64,000 nucleotides of DNA, taken from contig JAKMXF010000032.1 in the NCBI GenBank assembly GCA_024704765.1, positions 1-64,000 of the forward strand, read 5' to 3'. The number at the start of each line of letters is the position of its first letter. Position 1 is the first letter of the stretch. The stretch comes from Oopsacas minuta (lineage: Eukaryota > Animalia > Porifera). This document shows, piece by piece, positions 62,625-64,000 of this stretch. Below the pieces are notes generated by a model. That model was not told the DNA's origin and did not search any database. It worked only from the letters and a program-made list of their open reading frames with translations. A program made the position numbers and the translations under genes.

Positions 62625-64000
62625 ATGGAAGTATTTTATGAAAAAATTATAAAGTTTATAAAAGATGGAATATATCCTGAACCTGACGGAGTTTCCTCTG
62701 CAAAAAAAAGATGGAATTTTAGAAGAAAAGTTTCACGATATTTCTCGGTAAAGATAACAAACTTTACAAGGTAAAACCTCAATATTATTTATAATCTACA
62801 GTTGTGTTCGCCAAATGGCAAGTGGTACCTTGCTGAAAATTTGCTGACAAATAGGCGATCACTACTGTATATAAATATTTAAGTTATTGATGCAATATCA
62901 TATGAACAATTATTTAGAAAGTGGACATCAATGGTTCAACAGTTGATTTGGAAGTCCCGTTAGAAACGGAAAAGGATCATATAATGAAAAAAACATCATG
63001 ATCAAGTTGGTCACCCTGGAATCAATGCCACTGTTGATTCCATACATCAACAATATACATGGAAAGGCTTATATACACATATCATTGATTATGTAAGTAC
63101 GTAACTTACTTGAGTACAGTTCATTCTCAATATTTCCGAAATTGAAGGAATAGTATTATTATTACTATGAATATTTTGTTATTATTGAGAGTTGAGAAAC
63201 TTGTATGCTTCCCTAAAATCCTTTTTCTTAAATTCAGAGTACATAATTTGATATTCATTGAATATTTAATATACTAGGTGGTTTCCTGTAAGATATGCCA
63301 AATGACAGCAACAATTCCAAAATTAACCAAGAAACTTCAACCCAATCAACCTCCTTCTAGAACATGGAAACACTTAGGCATGGACTTGATTTGTGACCTC
63401 CCTGTGAGTTCCGAAGGATTAAGCATGTTCTTGTCAAAGTTTGCTACTTAAACATGTTCGTAGTTATAAGACCCCTTAAGAGAAAAACTTCTGAAGAAGT
63501 TATTCAAAATCTTCAAGATATCTATGCTACAATGGGATTACCGGATATTATTCAACATGACAAAGGCTCGGAGTTTACAATCAGTTTAAGTGATATTAGA
63601 ACTTAATATATCTGAAATTGCTTAATTAATTAATATATTTTCTTTAGATGTTTCAGGAATTCCATTGCAAACTACACATTGACAACCGTAGTACTAGAGC
63701 TTATCATCCTATGGCTAACGGTTTGGTAGAGGCACACAATAAAATCTTGAAAACGTAAGTTATAATTCCGAAGATTAGATCGGCAAGTTACTCAGTGTAA
63801 TAAAGATATTGAATAACTATTACTTATTGATCTTAGGAAGTTAACAAAGATGGAAGTCCAGACAGGAAATCACTGGTCCCAATTACTCAAGCTCGCATGT
63901 CTCACTATGAATTCTACAAAGAAGAAGTCACATGGACAAACTCCTTTAAATGTGATGTGGGGACGGGAGTCAAAACTGTTGTCTACATATCCAAACCTGG
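62625..64000 (+). CDS. Spliced Gypsy-integrase-like protein (Ginger transposase or GIN-like gene), probably with small frameshifts, runs off the window
   Basis: GT-AG introns at about 62771-62917, 63093-63277, 63584-63647 and 63755-63836 join HHDQVGHPG...CKIC (HHCC), GMDL, HDKGSEF and NGLVEAHNK (DDE); no RT/RNase H upstream; TGT-started repeats at 62383 and 62453. Confidence 0.82.

Overview
AT-rich eukaryotic (probably invertebrate animal) DNA made almost entirely of nested DNA transposons: Tc1/mariner (DD34E, DD35, DD37E, DD37D/maT, mariner), pogo, several hAT families and MITEs, a Harbinger remnant, Helitron-like ends, LTR-retrotransposon remnants and intron-containing Ginger elements. No confident host gene was found, and the species cannot be assigned from sequence alone. 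The standout is a cluster of four diverged RAG1/Transib-superfamily transposase copies (11.1-11.6 kb minus, 12.4-14.6 kb plus, 18.2-18.8 kb minus, 38.7-39.7 kb minus). They are associated with CACAGT(G/A)-initiated, RSS-like termini, one of which has an exact 23-bp spacer before a nonamer-like GCCAAAACC. The near-complete copy has an NBD-like region, the D-D-E triad, both halves of the ZnB site and a C-terminal CxxCxxxGHxxxC tail like invertebrate RAG1L, but there is no room for a RAG2-like partner downstream of it. All protein assignments are by manual translation and motif recall, not database search.
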